64,000 nucleotides of DNA from Colwellia sp. (GTDB taxonomy: Bacteria; Pseudomonadota; Gammaproteobacteria; Enterobacterales; Alteromonadaceae): assembly GCA_016745015.1 (NCBI GenBank), contig JADGDH010000001.1, positions 6,602-70,601 on the forward strand. Reading direction: 5' to 3'. Of this stretch, positions 41,989 to 52,908 are shown piece by piece. Position numbers and translations under genes: made by a program. Numbering within the stretch: the stretch's first letter is position 1; each line of letters begins with the position of its first letter. Below the pieces are notes generated by a model, which worked only from the letters and a program-made list of their open reading frames with translations, had not been told where the DNA came from and ran no database searches.

Positions 41989-42233
41989 GCTAAAAATAGT
42001 TAGGTAAGCAGTGTAAGCTGGCTTTAAATGAAAAGTCTACATTTAATCGAAAAACCTGAATATTTATACTCATGTTACCTCAAAAATCACTCCAAACTCA
42101 GGATTCAGCGAGAATTAGAAATTTATTTAAGCAAGGCATTGATTGAAAATATGGTTGTTCCTTTGTTGAAGAATAATGATAAAATGATAAACAACTCCTC
42201 TTTAACTTTTTTTAGAAAAATTTTGAGAAAAAC

Positions 42234-42662
42234 ATGCCAGAAAATTATTTAGAAATACAGTTAGATCAACAACCAATAGAGTTATGCAAACTACTTAAAA
42301 TTTCTGATTTGGTTACTGGTGGTGGAGAGGCAAAAATCGTTATTAGTGAAGGTTATGTTCTTCTCAATGGTGAAGTAGAATATCAAAAACGTAAAAAAGT
42401 TTACCATAATGATATTGTTGAATTTAATGGTGAGGTTATACAAGTTATTATCAATGAAAATTTAACTAACAACTTTACTGAAAGTTTACCAGATAACACT
42501 TTTGACAATTCAATTAAAGAAACGTCTGTTCAAACAGCAAATATTGCAAAACCATTAGCTAATAATTTTTCAAAAAAAGCAACAAATAACAAAACCAAAA
42601 AAGAAATACCAACAAATGAAGGTACTGCGAATAAAAGTAAAAGAAAGCCAATTTCTTTTTAA
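42234..42662 (+). CDS. S4-domain RNA-binding protein (YbcJ-like) with a low-complexity basic C-tail
   Basis: IELCKLLKISDLVTGGGEAKIVISEGYVLLNGEVEYQKRKKV. Confidence 0.85.
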   Translation: MPENYLEIQLDQQPIELCKLLKISDLVTGGGEAKIVISEGYVLLNGEVEYQKRKKVYHNDIVEFNGEVIQVIINENLTNNFTESLPDNTFDNSIKETSVQTANIAKPLANNFSKKATNNKTKKEIPTNEGTANKSKRKPISF

Positions 42663-42740
42663 ATTCACTTTATGGCGTTTACCTTACAACATTTAATTTA
42701 CTTTGGGTAAGTTTGTTTTACGAACCTTATCTTAAAAAGC

Positions 42741-43388
42741 TTATTTCAAAAAGTGAAGTGCTTCATTAGATAACTTAGTAATTTCAGACCAGTTTTTATT
42801 CTCTACAACGTTATTCGGTACTAACCAAGATCCTCCACAACAAGCAACATTAGACAGAGCTAGATAATCACGCACATTGTTTAAGTTAATACCGCCAGTT
42901 GGACAGAACTTAATATCAGGGAATGGACCACCTATTGATTTGATGGTATTTACACCACCAAAAGCTTCTGCGGGGAAAAATTTCAAGTGATCATAGCCAA
43001 AGTCTGCTGCATCCATTAATTCTGAAATAGAAGTAATACCAGGAATTAAGGCAATATTACTTTCATTACCTGCTTGTAATAGATCTTTCGTTAAACCAGG
43101 ACTAAGAGCAAATTTAGCACCTGCATCAATAGATTGTTGTAATTGTTGACGATTAGTAACAGTACCTGAGCCAATTATCGCTTCTGGTAATTCTTTAGCA
43201 ATGATACTAATCACATCAAGTGCTGCTGATGTACGTAAAGTTACTTCTAGCATTTTAATATCCGCCGCTAACAGTGCTTCTGCAATTGGCAAAGCATCTT
43301 CTACTTTATGAATCACTAAAATAGGAATAATGGGTCCCATAGCGAAAAGATCCTTTGGCATAATCTGCCAATTTTTTAATACTGTCAT
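42741..43388 (-). CDS. eda: KDPG aldolase
   Basis: LEVTLRT, GSGTV, LKFFPAE, FCPTGGI. Confidence 0.97.
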   Translation of the reverse strand: MTVLKNWQIMPKDLFAMGPIIPILVIHKVEDALPIAEALLAADIKMLEVTLRTSAALDVISIIAKELPEAIIGSGTVTNRQQLQQSIDAGAKFALSPGLTKDLLQAGNESNIALIPGITSISELMDAADFGYDHLKFFPAEAFGGVNTIKSIGGPFPDIKFCPTGGINLNNVRDYLALSNVACCGGSWLVPNNVVENKNWSEITKLSNEALHFLK

Positions 43389-43446
43389 AAATTCTCTACT
43401 CTCTTTTTACATTCAACACTTGTTGATACGTTAATGTTCTTACTCA

Positions 43447-45282
43447 TTAACTCTTATCTTCATCAAATAAAGAGCATGCACCTGTTTCTGCTGAGCTTAA
43501 GTTACGTCGCATAAAACCAAAAAGTTCACGTCCCATACCTTGATGATGCCCATTAACTTTGAACACTGCATTATCACGGGCAGCTAATTCTTGCTCGTCA
43601 ACTAACAAAGTTAACTCGCTTGTTTCACCGTCAAGGTTAATCATATCACCTGTTTTAACTTTGGCGATCAAACCACCATCTAAAGCCTCTGGGCATAAAT
43701 GAATAGCGGCTGGAACTTTACCTGATGCACCAGACATTCGACCATCTGTAACCAAAGCGACTTTAAAGCCTTTGTCTTGTAACACCCCCAATGGTGGTGT
43801 TAATTTATGTAATTCAGGCATGCCTCGAGCTTTAGGCCCTTGAAAACGAATCACAGCAATAAAATCTTTTTCTAATTCACCATTATCAAATGCTGTTTTA
43901 AGTTCGTGTTGATCTTCAAAAACAACAGCTGGCGCTTTAATAACATAACTTCCTTCGCGTAAAGAAGATGTTTTTAATATAGAAGTGCCTAAATTTCCCT
44001 TTAATGTTTTTAAACCGCCATCAATTCTAAATGGTTTAGCAACCGTAGTAATCACATCTTCATCAAGCGACTTTTCAACACTGTCAATCCATTTTAGTTT
44101 CCCATTATCTAATACTGGCTGTTGGGTGTAACGATTTAAGCCATGACCACAAATGGTTTCAACATCTTCGTGTAGCAAACCCGCATTAATTAACTCTTTA
44201 AACAATAACGCCATACCACCCGCTTCTTGGAAGTGGTTAATGTCAGCTTGCCCGTTTGGATAAATTTTAGTAATTAAAGGAACGGCATGCGATAAATCAT
44301 TAAAGTCTTGAAAGTTAATTATAATGCCTGCAGCACGCGCAAACGCGATGATATGCATGGTTAAGTTGGTTGAACCACCTGTTGCAAGTAAAGCAACTAT
44401 CGCATTAACAAAAGAGCGTTCATCAATCATTTTACCAACTGGCATATAATTGCCTGATTGTTGAGTTAAACGAGTTACTTGTCGAGCTGCAGCCTTAGTT
44501 AATTCTTCACGTAATGGTGTATTCGGTGCAATAAAAGAAGCGCCAGGTAAATGTAATCCCATCACTTCAACCACTAATTGATTAGAGTTTGCGGTACCAA
44601 AAAAAGTACAAGTACCTGCTGCATGATAAGAAGCCGATTCAGCCTCTAATAAAGCAGCTTTATTAATTTCACCTTTAGCATACTGCTCGCGTATACGCGC
44701 TTTTTCTTTATTTGGAATACCTGATGGCATAGGCCCAGCAGGTACAAAAACTGTTGGTAAATGACCAAAAGCCATGCTAGCAATAAGTAAACCAGGGACA
44801 ATTTTGTCGCAAATACCCAGCATTAAAGAACCGTCAAACATATTGTGAGATAAACCAACAGCGGCAGCCATTGCAATAACATCACGGCTCATAAGGCTTA
44901 AGTCCATACCTGGTTGACCTTGCGTAACACCATCGCACATAGCTGGAACGCCACCAGCAAACTGTGCTATCCCCCCTGTTGATTTAACCGCCTCTTTAAT
45001 GATTTCAGGATAATTATCATACGGTTGGTGTGCACTTAACATGTCATTGTAAGCTGAGATTATGGCTATGTCAGAGTGATTTAATCCCTTAATTGTTTGC
45101 TTATCTTCTGTATTACAAGCAGCAAAACCATGTGCTAGGTTACCACAAGATAAACTTGCACGATGAACTGTACTTGATTTAGCTGCCACTATTTTAGCTA
45201 AATACTCTTTTCGAGTTACAACGCTTCGAACGATAATACGTTCAGTGATATCTACTATTTCTTTTTTCATTACTACTTTCAT
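43447..45282 (-). CDS. edd: Phosphogluconate dehydratase
   Basis: [37 protein letters not shown]. Confidence 0.98.
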   Translation of the reverse strand: MKVVMKKEIVDITERIIVRSVVTRKEYLAKIVAAKSSTVHRASLSCGNLAHGFAACNTEDKQTIKGLNHSDIAIISAYNDMLSAHQPYDNYPEIIKEAVKSTGGIAQFAGGVPAMCDGVTQGQPGMDLSLMSRDVIAMAAAVGLSHNMFDGSLMLGICDKIVPGLLIASMAFGHLPTVFVPAGPMPSGIPNKEKARIREQYAKGEINKAALLEAESASYHAAGTCTFFGTANSNQLVVEVMGLHLPGASFIAPNTPLREELTKAAARQVTRLTQQSGNYMPVGKMIDERSFVNAIVALLATGGSTNLTMHIIAFARAAGIIINFQDFNDLSHAVPLITKIYPNGQADINHFQEAGGMALLFKELINAGLLHEDVETICGHGLNRYTQQPVLDNGKLKWIDSVEKSLDEDVITTVAKPFRIDGGLKTLKGNLGTSILKTSSLREGSYVIKAPAVVFEDQHELKTAFDNGELEKDFIAVIRFQGPKARGMPELHKLTPPLGVLQDKGFKVALVTDGRMSGASGKVPAAIHLCPEALDGGLIAKVKTGDMINLDGETSELTLLVDEQELAARDNAVFKVNGHHQGMGRELFGFMRRNLSSAETGACSLFDEDKS

Positions 45283-45348
45283 AGATCTACTTCTTTGATG
45301 TTTATCTATTAATTAATTTAATTAGTGCTTTTTTGATTAATTCTCAAT

Positions 45349-46044
45349 CTACTTAGCCCAATATATTTGGATATTAGTATCTTTATCTTGTAAAAAAGCT
45401 CTAATAGGCATTTCAAAAATATCATTCGTGCTAAGTGCTTTATTTAACACTTGCTTTTTACCTTCACCACAAATATGTAAAAAAATATTTTTACTTTGTT
45501 TTAATGCTGCGAAGCTAAAGGTAATACGTTGATGTGGTGCTGTTTTCGGTTCAATTTTTATTAATAAACTTTCATTAGCACTATCTAAATCTTGTTTTAT
45601 TTGCTCACTACAAGGAAATAAAGATGCTGTGTGCCCATCTTCACCCATCCCCAAAATAACAACATCTAACGGCAACAATGTATTGTTAGCCGAAAGATTA
45701 AGATCAACTAAGGTTTCTTCGCATAATTTCTCTCCTTGTTTTAAGTGAAAAAATTTTGCGACAGACGCTTTGTTTTGTAATAAATGTTCATGTACTAAAC
45801 GGGCATTACTTGCATTAGAATTTTTATCAACCCAACGTTCATCCGCTAAAGTGATTGTCACATTTTTCCAATCAATTTTTTTATTTGAAAGCACGTTAAA
45901 AAAACCTTTCGGTGTTGAGCCACCTGAAACAGCAATACTTGCTTTACCTTTTAATGTAATAGCCGACTGTAATATTTCACTAACGGTTTCAGCTAAGGCT
46001 TCATTTAGTTGCTTTCTGCTATCAAAATCATTCAATTTATACAT
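45349..46044 (-). CDS. pgl: 6-phosphogluconolactonase
   Basis: AVSGGSTP, TLADERWV, LGMGEDGHTASLFP. Start placed at ATG 46044 just after the zwf stop; the ORF track gives 46059. Confidence 0.93.
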   Translation of the reverse strand: MYKLNDFDSRKQLNEALAETVSEILQSAITLKGKASIAVSGGSTPKGFFNVLSNKKIDWKNVTITLADERWVDKNSNASNARLVHEHLLQNKASVAKFFHLKQGEKLCEETLVDLNLSANNTLLPLDVVILGMGEDGHTASLFPCSEQIKQDLDSANESLLIKIEPKTAPHQRITFSFAALKQSKNIFLHICGEGKKQVLNKALSTNDIFEMPIRAFLQDKDTNIQIYWAK

Positions 46045-46046
46045 GA

Positions 46047-47531
46047 TTATTCCACCCACTGACGATCATCACGCGCAATTAAAGAAATAGAAGAAACAGG
46101 CCCCCATGAGCCAGCTGCATAGGGTTTAGGTGCTTCGTCAGTTGCTTGCCATGCATCAATAATGCTGTCTGCCCAAGCCCACGCTGCTTCTACTTCATCA
46201 CGACTAACAAATAATGATTGATTACCATTTAGCACTTCAAGCATTAAACGCTCATAAGCATCAATAACGCGTTGATCGTTATAAGTATCATTAAAACTCA
46301 AATCCAGTTTATTTTCTTGAATATTCATTTGTGAAGCGATACCTGGAATTTTATTCATCATTTGTAACTCAACACCTTCATCTGGCTGCAAACGAATAGT
46401 CAATTTATTAGATGGTAAATCACTGTAGTTATCTTTAAAGATATTATGTGGCTGCTCTTTAAAATGCACAACAATTTCACTATGTTTAGCTGGCATACGC
46501 TTTCCTGTTCTTAAGTAAAAGGGGACGCCTGACCAACGCCAGTTATCTATTTCAGCTTTAATAGCAACGAAGGTTTCGGTTTTACTTATTGTGTTTGCAC
46601 CTTCTTCCTTCAAATATCCAGGCACAACAACACCATTTAAAAAGCCATCTGTATATTGACCACGAACTGTTTTTTCTTTCATATTAGTACAATTGATAGG
46701 GGAAAGTGCTTTTACCACTTTTAACTTTTCAGCCCTAATACTCTCAGCACTTAAATCAGCTGGCGGCTCCATAGCTAAAAGAGATAAAATTTGTAGTAAA
46801 TGGCTTTGAATCATATCCCGCATCTGACCTGCTTCATCATAGAAATCCCAACGCCCTTCTATACCAACACTCTCAGCAACCGTTATTTGCACATGGTCAA
46901 TACTGTTCCTGTCCCAGTTAGTCGTAAACAATGAGTTTGCAAAGCGCAGCACTAATAAATTTAAAACAGTCTCTTTACCTAAATAGTGATCGATACGATA
47001 GATTTGATTTTCTTTGAAAAAGCGTGCAACTTGATCATTAATCACTTTTGATGATTCTAAACAGTGACCTATAGGTTTTTCCATTACGACACGATCATTA
47101 TCTTTAATAAGATTTGCATGATTTAAACCGTCACAAATATCGCCATATATTACTGGGGATGTTGAAAAATAATAAACACGCGTATCATTGCTTGTTGATA
47201 AATTACCTGCTGATAAGGTTTCAGCTAAGTTTGTATAAGCACTTGCTTCTTTTATATCCAATTGTTGATAAACCAAACGTGACATGAATCGGGCTAAAAC
47301 ACCTTCATCAAGAGTTTCATTTACAAAATTATTGATATTTTCTAATACAATCGCTTTAAACTCTTCTAAGTTGTACGTTTGACGGGCAACACCAACAACA
47401 CGGCTTTTCTCATTAATTAAACCACATGCTTCTAATTGACATAAAGCGGGTAATAATTTACGGCGAGATAAATCACCTAAAGCACCAAAAATAATGATTT
47501 CATTAGCAGATTGACAACCTAATTTATTCAT
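46047..47531 (-). CDS. zwf: Glucose-6-phosphate 1-dehydrogenase
   Basis: FGALGDLSRRK, MEKPIG, RIDHYLGKE, RWSGVPFYLRTGK. Confidence 0.98.
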   Translation of the reverse strand: MNKLGCQSANEIIIFGALGDLSRRKLLPALCQLEACGLINEKSRVVGVARQTYNLEEFKAIVLENINNFVNETLDEGVLARFMSRLVYQQLDIKEASAYTNLAETLSAGNLSTSNDTRVYYFSTSPVIYGDICDGLNHANLIKDNDRVVMEKPIGHCLESSKVINDQVARFFKENQIYRIDHYLGKETVLNLLVLRFANSLFTTNWDRNSIDHVQITVAESVGIEGRWDFYDEAGQMRDMIQSHLLQILSLLAMEPPADLSAESIRAEKLKVVKALSPINCTNMKEKTVRGQYTDGFLNGVVVPGYLKEEGANTISKTETFVAIKAEIDNWRWSGVPFYLRTGKRMPAKHSEIVVHFKEQPHNIFKDNYSDLPSNKLTIRLQPDEGVELQMMNKIPGIASQMNIQENKLDLSFNDTYNDQRVIDAYERLMLEVLNGNQSLFVSRDEVEAAWAWADSIIDAWQATDEAPKPYAAGSWGPVSSISLIARDDRQWVE

Positions 47532-47926
47532 AACAACTCTCTAACCTCGTATCTGAGCTTGATAAGATTGAACAATAACGCTCATTTTCATTAACAACAA
47601 TTCACTTACAGTAAAAATAAAACTGCCCCTATATAAAGCAGTAATAATATAAAATAACAATCTTGTTATTAACCATGATATACCCAAATGACTTCAATAT
47701 TCCTATTATTTATATTGATGACATAATAATGCAATATATTCGTGCTATAAATAGTCACAAAATAAGGTTTAACTTAATACAAAGTAAGTTGAGATATAAT
47801 TTAAAGAAAGTAAAATACAGTTTAATAAACTCAGAATTTGACAATAAAGATAAAATCTTGTAAATCAAACTATACTCATTCAATCTGTATAAATATAAAT
47901 AATTTAAAGAAATCATAAGGATTATA

Positions 47927-49378
47927 ATGCCTAGAAGAACGAAAATTGTTGCTACCCTTGGCCCCGCAACAGATGATAAAGCAACACTAAAAGCGGTACT
48001 TGCTGCTGGTGTAAACGTAGTACGACTTAACTTCTCTCACGGCGTACCGCAAGATCATATTGATAGAGCTAACAATGTACGCAAAACGGCAAAAGAATTA
48101 GGTATTTATGTAGGTATATTAGGTGACTTACAAGGTCCTAAAATTCGTATTTCCACTTTTAAAGATGGCCCAATAAAAGTTGATATTGGTGATAAATTTG
48201 AACTTGATGCCACTTTAGAAAAAGGCCAAGGCTGCCAAGATAAAGTTGGCATTGATTATAAAAAATTAGTGCAAGATGTTAACACTGGAGACATATTATT
48301 ACTTGACGATGGTCGTGTACAGCTTAAGGTTTTATCAACTTCAAACACGTCAGTGTTTACTGAAGTCACAGTTGGTGGCCCGTTATCAAATAATAAAGGT
48401 ATTAACCGTCAAGGTGGTGGCTTAACAGCACCTGCATTAACTATTAAAGACAAAGAAGACATTAAATTAGCCGCTAAAATCAATGTTGATTTTCTCGCTG
48501 TTTCTTTTCCTCGTGATGCGGCAGATATGCGAGAAGCACGTTTACTAGCCCAAGAAGCAGGCTGTGATGCTCGTTTAGTATCAAAAATTGAACGCGCAGA
48601 AGCAGTAAACGATGACAAAGTGCTTGATGGTATTATTTTAGCTTCTGATGTTGTTATGGTCGCCCGTGGTGATTTAGGTGTTGAAATTGGTGATGCTGAG
48701 CTTGTTGGTAAACAAAAACATATTATCGCTCGATCTCGTCAATTAAATCGAGTTGTTATTACGGCAACCCAAATGATGGAAACCATGATTGAGCAACCTA
48801 TGCCCACTCGTGCAGAAGTTATGGATGTTTCTAATGCAGTACTTGATGGAACTGATGCGGTAATGCTAAGTGCTGAAACAGCTGCAGGTAAATATCCAGT
48901 AGAAACGGTTACCGCAATGGCAAATGTTTGTGTTGGCGCAGAAAAACATCGTTCAGTGAATATTTCAAATCATAGAATGGATTTAACCTTTACAGAAATA
49001 TCTGAAACTATAGCCTTATCTGCCATGTATGCTGCGAATCATTTAGATGGCGTTAAAGCTATAATAGCACTAACTGAATCAGGACAAACAAGTAAGCTGA
49101 TGTCTCGTATTACTTCTGGCTTACCTATTTACTCCGTATCTCGCCATAGTAAAACATTAAATAAAACAGCTATTTATCGTGGTGTCTACCCTATTGCTTT
49201 TGATTCAACTGACAGCAATGATATAACCTTGAGCGATGATATTTTAAAAATTGTTTGTAAAAATTCAGATTTAATTCTTGGCGATAAAATTATTTTAACT
49301 CATGGTGACTTAATGGAGACTGTTGGAGCTTCAAACACACTAAAAGTATTAACCATTGCTAAAAAGCATTTCAGCTAG
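47927..49378 (+). CDS. pyk: Pyruvate kinase (type II)
   Basis: [43 protein letters not shown]. Confidence 0.97.
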   Translation: MPRRTKIVATLGPATDDKATLKAVLAAGVNVVRLNFSHGVPQDHIDRANNVRKTAKELGIYVGILGDLQGPKIRISTFKDGPIKVDIGDKFELDATLEKGQGCQDKVGIDYKKLVQDVNTGDILLLDDGRVQLKVLSTSNTSVFTEVTVGGPLSNNKGINRQGGGLTAPALTIKDKEDIKLAAKINVDFLAVSFPRDAADMREARLLAQEAGCDARLVSKIERAEAVNDDKVLDGIILASDVVMVARGDLGVEIGDAELVGKQKHIIARSRQLNRVVITATQMMETMIEQPMPTRAEVMDVSNAVLDGTDAVMLSAETAAGKYPVETVTAMANVCVGAEKHRSVNISNHRMDLTFTEISETIALSAMYAANHLDGVKAIIALTESGQTSKLMSRITSGLPIYSVSRHSKTLNKTAIYRGVYPIAFDSTDSNDITLSDDILKIVCKNSDLILGDKIILTHGDLMETVGASNTLKVLTIAKKHFS

Positions 49379-49399
49379 TAATTAATAAAAATCCAATTT

Positions 49400-49446
49400 A
49401 AAAGGCTGATGATTTATAAATAATATCTATAAATTATCAGCCTTTT
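49400..49446. terminator. Long bidirectional terminator between pyk and gabD
   Basis: AAAAGGCTGAT...ATCAGCCTTTT with an inner ATTTATA/TATAAAT stem. Confidence 0.75.
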
Positions 49447-49475
49447 GCTTATCTATTTTTAGCTAAAGAACCTAC

Positions 49476-50933
49476 TTATTTATCTAACCCTCCCATGCAT
49501 AAATATTTTATTTCAAGATAGTCATCTAAACCATATTTAGAGCCTTCACGGCCGTTTCCTGATTGTTTCATACCACCAAACGGGGCTGCTGCATTAGAAA
49601 TAACACCTTCATTGATACCCACCATGCCGTAATCTAAGCTTTCAGCTACACGCCAAATGCGACCAATATCACGAGAATAAAAATAAGAGGCTAAACCAAA
49701 TTCAGTATCATTTGCGATAGAAATAGCTTCACTTTCTTCTTTAAAACTAATAATAGGTGATACAGGGCCAAAAATTTCATTCTTGGCTATTGGCATATCA
49801 TTAGTAATACCCGTAAGAACAGTAGGAGCTAAATAACTTTCGCCAAAACCAGTGTCACTATTACCTAAAGCTAGTTGTGCTCCTTGGCTAAGGGATTCAT
49901 CAATAAGTCTTTTTACATCAGCAACAGCTTGCGCTGAGATCATAGGACCAATAGTAACTCCTTCATCTAAACCGTTACCTAATAACAAACCTTTAACCGC
50001 CTTGACAAACTTTTCAGTAAATTCAATCAACACGCTTTCTTGCACTAAAATTCTGTTACTACAAACACATGTTTGCCCTGCATTTCGATATTTTGACACT
50101 AACGCACCTGCAACAGCAGCATCAATATCAGCATCATCAAAAACTATAAATGGTGCATTACCCCCTAATTCCATTGATACTTTTTTAACAGTAGAAGCAC
50201 ATTGACCAATAAGCGACTTACCAACCTCCGTAGAGCCAGTAAAAGTAAATTTAGCAACGTCTTTATGTTCTGTTAATACTTTACCCATACCATGAGCATC
50301 ATCACCCACAACAACGTTAAAAACACCAGCTGGAATACCTGCTCGTTCAGCAAGTTCAGCCATAGCAAGCGCAGACAGTGGCGTTTGTGTTGCTGGTCTA
50401 ACGACAAAAGTACAACCTGCAGCAAGCGCCGCAGCGGCTTTTCGTGCAATCATGGCATTAGGGAAATTCCACGGGGTAATAGCTGCAACAACACCAATAG
50501 GTTGTTTTATAACAATGATGCGTTTATCGCTTGATGGGGCAGGAATAGTATCACCGTAAACACGCTTACTTTCCTCAGAAAACCAATCAATAAAAGCGGC
50601 ACCATAAGCAATTTCACCTTTAGCTTCAGCCAGTGGCTTACCCTGCTCTAACGTTAGAATACGCCCTAAATCATCTTGATTTAGCACTATTAAATCAAAC
50701 CACTTACGCAATAACACAGAGCGCTCATTGGCTGGCTTTCCCGCCCATGCTTTAAAGGCACCCTTTGCCGCTTTAACAGCTAATTCTGTTTCAGCAGTTC
50801 CTGCATTGCTTACCTTAGTAACTAATTTACCAGTAGCTGGGTTATTAACCGTTATATCACTAGCGCTGCTATGCCAACAGCCATTTATATAGGAAAAATT
50901 TTTCAATAACTTCGGATCGTTTAACTTATGCAT
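49476..50933 (-). CDS. gabD: NAD(P)-dependent succinate-semialdehyde dehydrogenase
   Basis: ITPWNFP, FTGSTEVG, MELGGNAP, RNAGQTCVC, EIFGP, GREGSKYG. Confidence 0.88.
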   Translation of the reverse strand: MHKLNDPKLLKNFSYINGCWHSSASDITVNNPATGKLVTKVSNAGTAETELAVKAAKGAFKAWAGKPANERSVLLRKWFDLIVLNQDDLGRILTLEQGKPLAEAKGEIAYGAAFIDWFSEESKRVYGDTIPAPSSDKRIIVIKQPIGVVAAITPWNFPNAMIARKAAAALAAGCTFVVRPATQTPLSALAMAELAERAGIPAGVFNVVVGDDAHGMGKVLTEHKDVAKFTFTGSTEVGKSLIGQCASTVKKVSMELGGNAPFIVFDDADIDAAVAGALVSKYRNAGQTCVCSNRILVQESVLIEFTEKFVKAVKGLLLGNGLDEGVTIGPMISAQAVADVKRLIDESLSQGAQLALGNSDTGFGESYLAPTVLTGITNDMPIAKNEIFGPVSPIISFKEESEAISIANDTEFGLASYFYSRDIGRIWRVAESLDYGMVGINEGVISNAAAPFGGMKQSGNGREGSKYGLDDYLEIKYLCMGGLDK

Positions 50934-50941
50934 GGTTAGTA

Positions 50942-52306
50942 TTATTCTTCTCTAAAAGCTTCAGCATTAAGATGATGTCTATTCAACAATTTATAAAATT
51001 CAGTTCTATTGCGTTGCGCTATTTTTGCTGCTTGTGAAACATTACCAGCAGTTAGCTTTAATAATTTAGCTAGGTAGTCACGTTCAAATTGATCTCTAGC
51101 ATCCTGAAAAGAAGGAAGTTGAGATGTTTTTTCCCGTAATGCTCCTCTTATTAAGGTAGCATTAATTAGTGGCTCTGTGGATAACGCGACACTTTGTTCA
51201 ATCACATTTTGTAACTGGCGAATATTGCCTGGCCAAGGTGCACTAATGAGTAATTCCATAGCTTCAGCTGAAAAACCCTTGATATTTATAGGTGAATTAA
51301 CTTCAACATTCTTTAAAAAATGTTGTGCTAATAAAGGGATATCTTCACGCCGTTGTGATAGTGGTGGCAACTCTAGTTCTACAACATTAAGACGATAATA
51401 CAAATCTTCTCTGAACGTTTTATCGATGATCGCTTGCTGCAAATTTTTATGAGTTGCTGAGATGATACGCACATCTGTTTTTATTGATTGTGTACTTCCT
51501 ACTGGGCGAACCTCTTTTTCTTGTAATGCTCGAAGTAACTTCACCTGAAAACTCATTGGCATATCGCCTATTTCATCAAGAAATAACGTGCCACCATTGG
51601 TCGCTTCAAATAAGCCAATATGATTTTTAGCTGCACCTGTAAATGCACCTTTAGCATGGCCAAAAAGCTCTGATTCTAACAGCTGCTCTGGAATTGCTGC
51701 GCAATTTATTGCGGTAAAGGGTTTGGTTCGACGGTTACTTGCTTGGTGGATCGCGTTTGCTAACAACTCTTTACCCGTGCCGCTTTCACTATGAATTAAT
51801 AAACTAAAATCACTTTGTGCGACTTGATTCGTTTGTTGTAACAAAGACTCCATAATGGCACTTCGGCTAATAATATTCGCACGCCAAGCAAACTCTTTAA
51901 TTGTATGTTGAGTAATTGAAGGATTAAGTTGAATCGCTTTTTGTACTGTTTCTAATAACTCTTGGCTTTCAAAGGGTTTAGTCAAAAAACTAAATACACC
52001 TTGTTTGGTGGCACTTATTGCATCAGGAATTGTTCCATGTGCGGTCATTATAACTACTGGCATATTGGGATGTTGTTGCCTTATTTGTGCAAACAATGCC
52101 ATTCCATCCATACCCTCCATGCGTAAATCACTAATAACCATATGAGGATGAAAACTTTTTAAAATACCCAAAGCAACTTTTGCACTGGCCGCAGATTCAA
52201 CATGATAGTTTGCGGCAGAAAGCCTAATACCCAGTAAACGTAATAAACTAGGATCGTCATCAACAATCAATATTTTTTTCTTAAATTGGCTTTCATTATT
52301 ATTCAT
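50942..52306 (-). CDS. glrR: sigma54-dependent response regulator GlrR/QseF
   Basis: Receiver (VDDD, SDLRM), AAA+ domain with [22 protein letters not shown]-terminal [13 protein letters not shown]; glrK-qseG-glrR gene order. Confidence 0.88.
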   Translation of the reverse strand: MNNNESQFKKKILIVDDDPSLLRLLGIRLSAANYHVESAASAKVALGILKSFHPHMVISDLRMEGMDGMALFAQIRQQHPNMPVVIMTAHGTIPDAISATKQGVFSFLTKPFESQELLETVQKAIQLNPSITQHTIKEFAWRANIISRSAIMESLLQQTNQVAQSDFSLLIHSESGTGKELLANAIHQASNRRTKPFTAINCAAIPEQLLESELFGHAKGAFTGAAKNHIGLFEATNGGTLFLDEIGDMPMSFQVKLLRALQEKEVRPVGSTQSIKTDVRIISATHKNLQQAIIDKTFREDLYYRLNVVELELPPLSQRREDIPLLAQHFLKNVEVNSPINIKGFSAEAMELLISAPWPGNIRQLQNVIEQSVALSTEPLINATLIRGALREKTSQLPSFQDARDQFERDYLAKLLKLTAGNVSQAAKIAQRNRTEFYKLLNRHHLNAEAFREE

Positions 52307-52311
52307 TTATT

Positions 52312-52908
52312 TTACTGCCCATGTTTACTAATAGCTTTTTCAATTTTTTTAAGCTGAATAATTTTTTTATTAAGTTGATTAATATCTTTCTTAGCTTCTA
52401 GAATTTCAGCTTGCTGTACTGTAATCAACTCTTTAGATTGTTTGTAAGCGCCCTTATAATCATTAAGTTGCTTTAATATCAATAATTGTTGATTAAGTTG
52501 ATCTTTTAGCATAACAACGAAAGCTAAATCCGCAGCATTAAAAACGGAGTATTCATAGGATTCTAACGGATAATTATTTAATTGAGCTTTTGCTGTGTAA
52601 GGGTTGTGAATTGGAGAATTAGGCAAGCTATAGAGCATAATCAATTGCATATCAGCTTTAACTAAACCTGACTGCTTATTATTCTTTTGTCGTGATATTT
52701 CTTGTAAAACCTCTTCATCATTTAAGCTTTTTATCCACAAGTAATAGTGATTAAATTCAACATTTTCTTTGCTTGACTCAGGTAATAATTGACAACCACT
52801 TAAAAATAATAAACTAATAAAAATAATAGAGTAGCTACTGTACCTAATTATTTTATTACCTAAATCACGAAAGCTATATATTAGAAAATGATGTATTAAT
52901 AGTGTCAT
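52312..52908 (-). CDS. qseG: Lipoprotein in QseG/YfhG position
   Basis: Lipobox FLSG-C, C-terminal coiled coil ending KLKKIEKAIS-like; lies between the kinase and regulator. Confidence 0.65.
   Translation of the reverse strand: MTLLIHHFLIYSFRDLGNKIIRYSSYSIIFISLLFLSGCQLLPESSKENVEFNHYYLWIKSLNDEEVLQEISRQKNNKQSGLVKADMQLIMLYSLPNSPIHNPYTAKAQLNNYPLESYEYSVFNAADLAFVVMLKDQLNQQLLILKQLNDYKGAYKQSKELITVQQAEILEAKKDINQLNKKIIQLKKIEKAISKHGQ

Noticed and set aside
42165-42195. AATAATGATAAAATGATAA as a Fur box for the ECF gene
   Set aside because: Only the left half matches GATAATGATAATCATTATC, which is expected by chance in AT-rich DNA
42028-42252. 74-aa ORF upstream of the S4 gene
   Set aside because: Lies in an AT-rich divergent promoter region, overlaps the next start, and has no RBS or recognisable motif
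47663-47863. 66-aa ORF between zwf and pyk as a possible hexR remnant
   Set aside because: Ile/Asn/Lys composition simply reflects AT-rich DNA; no RpiR HTH or SIS similarity
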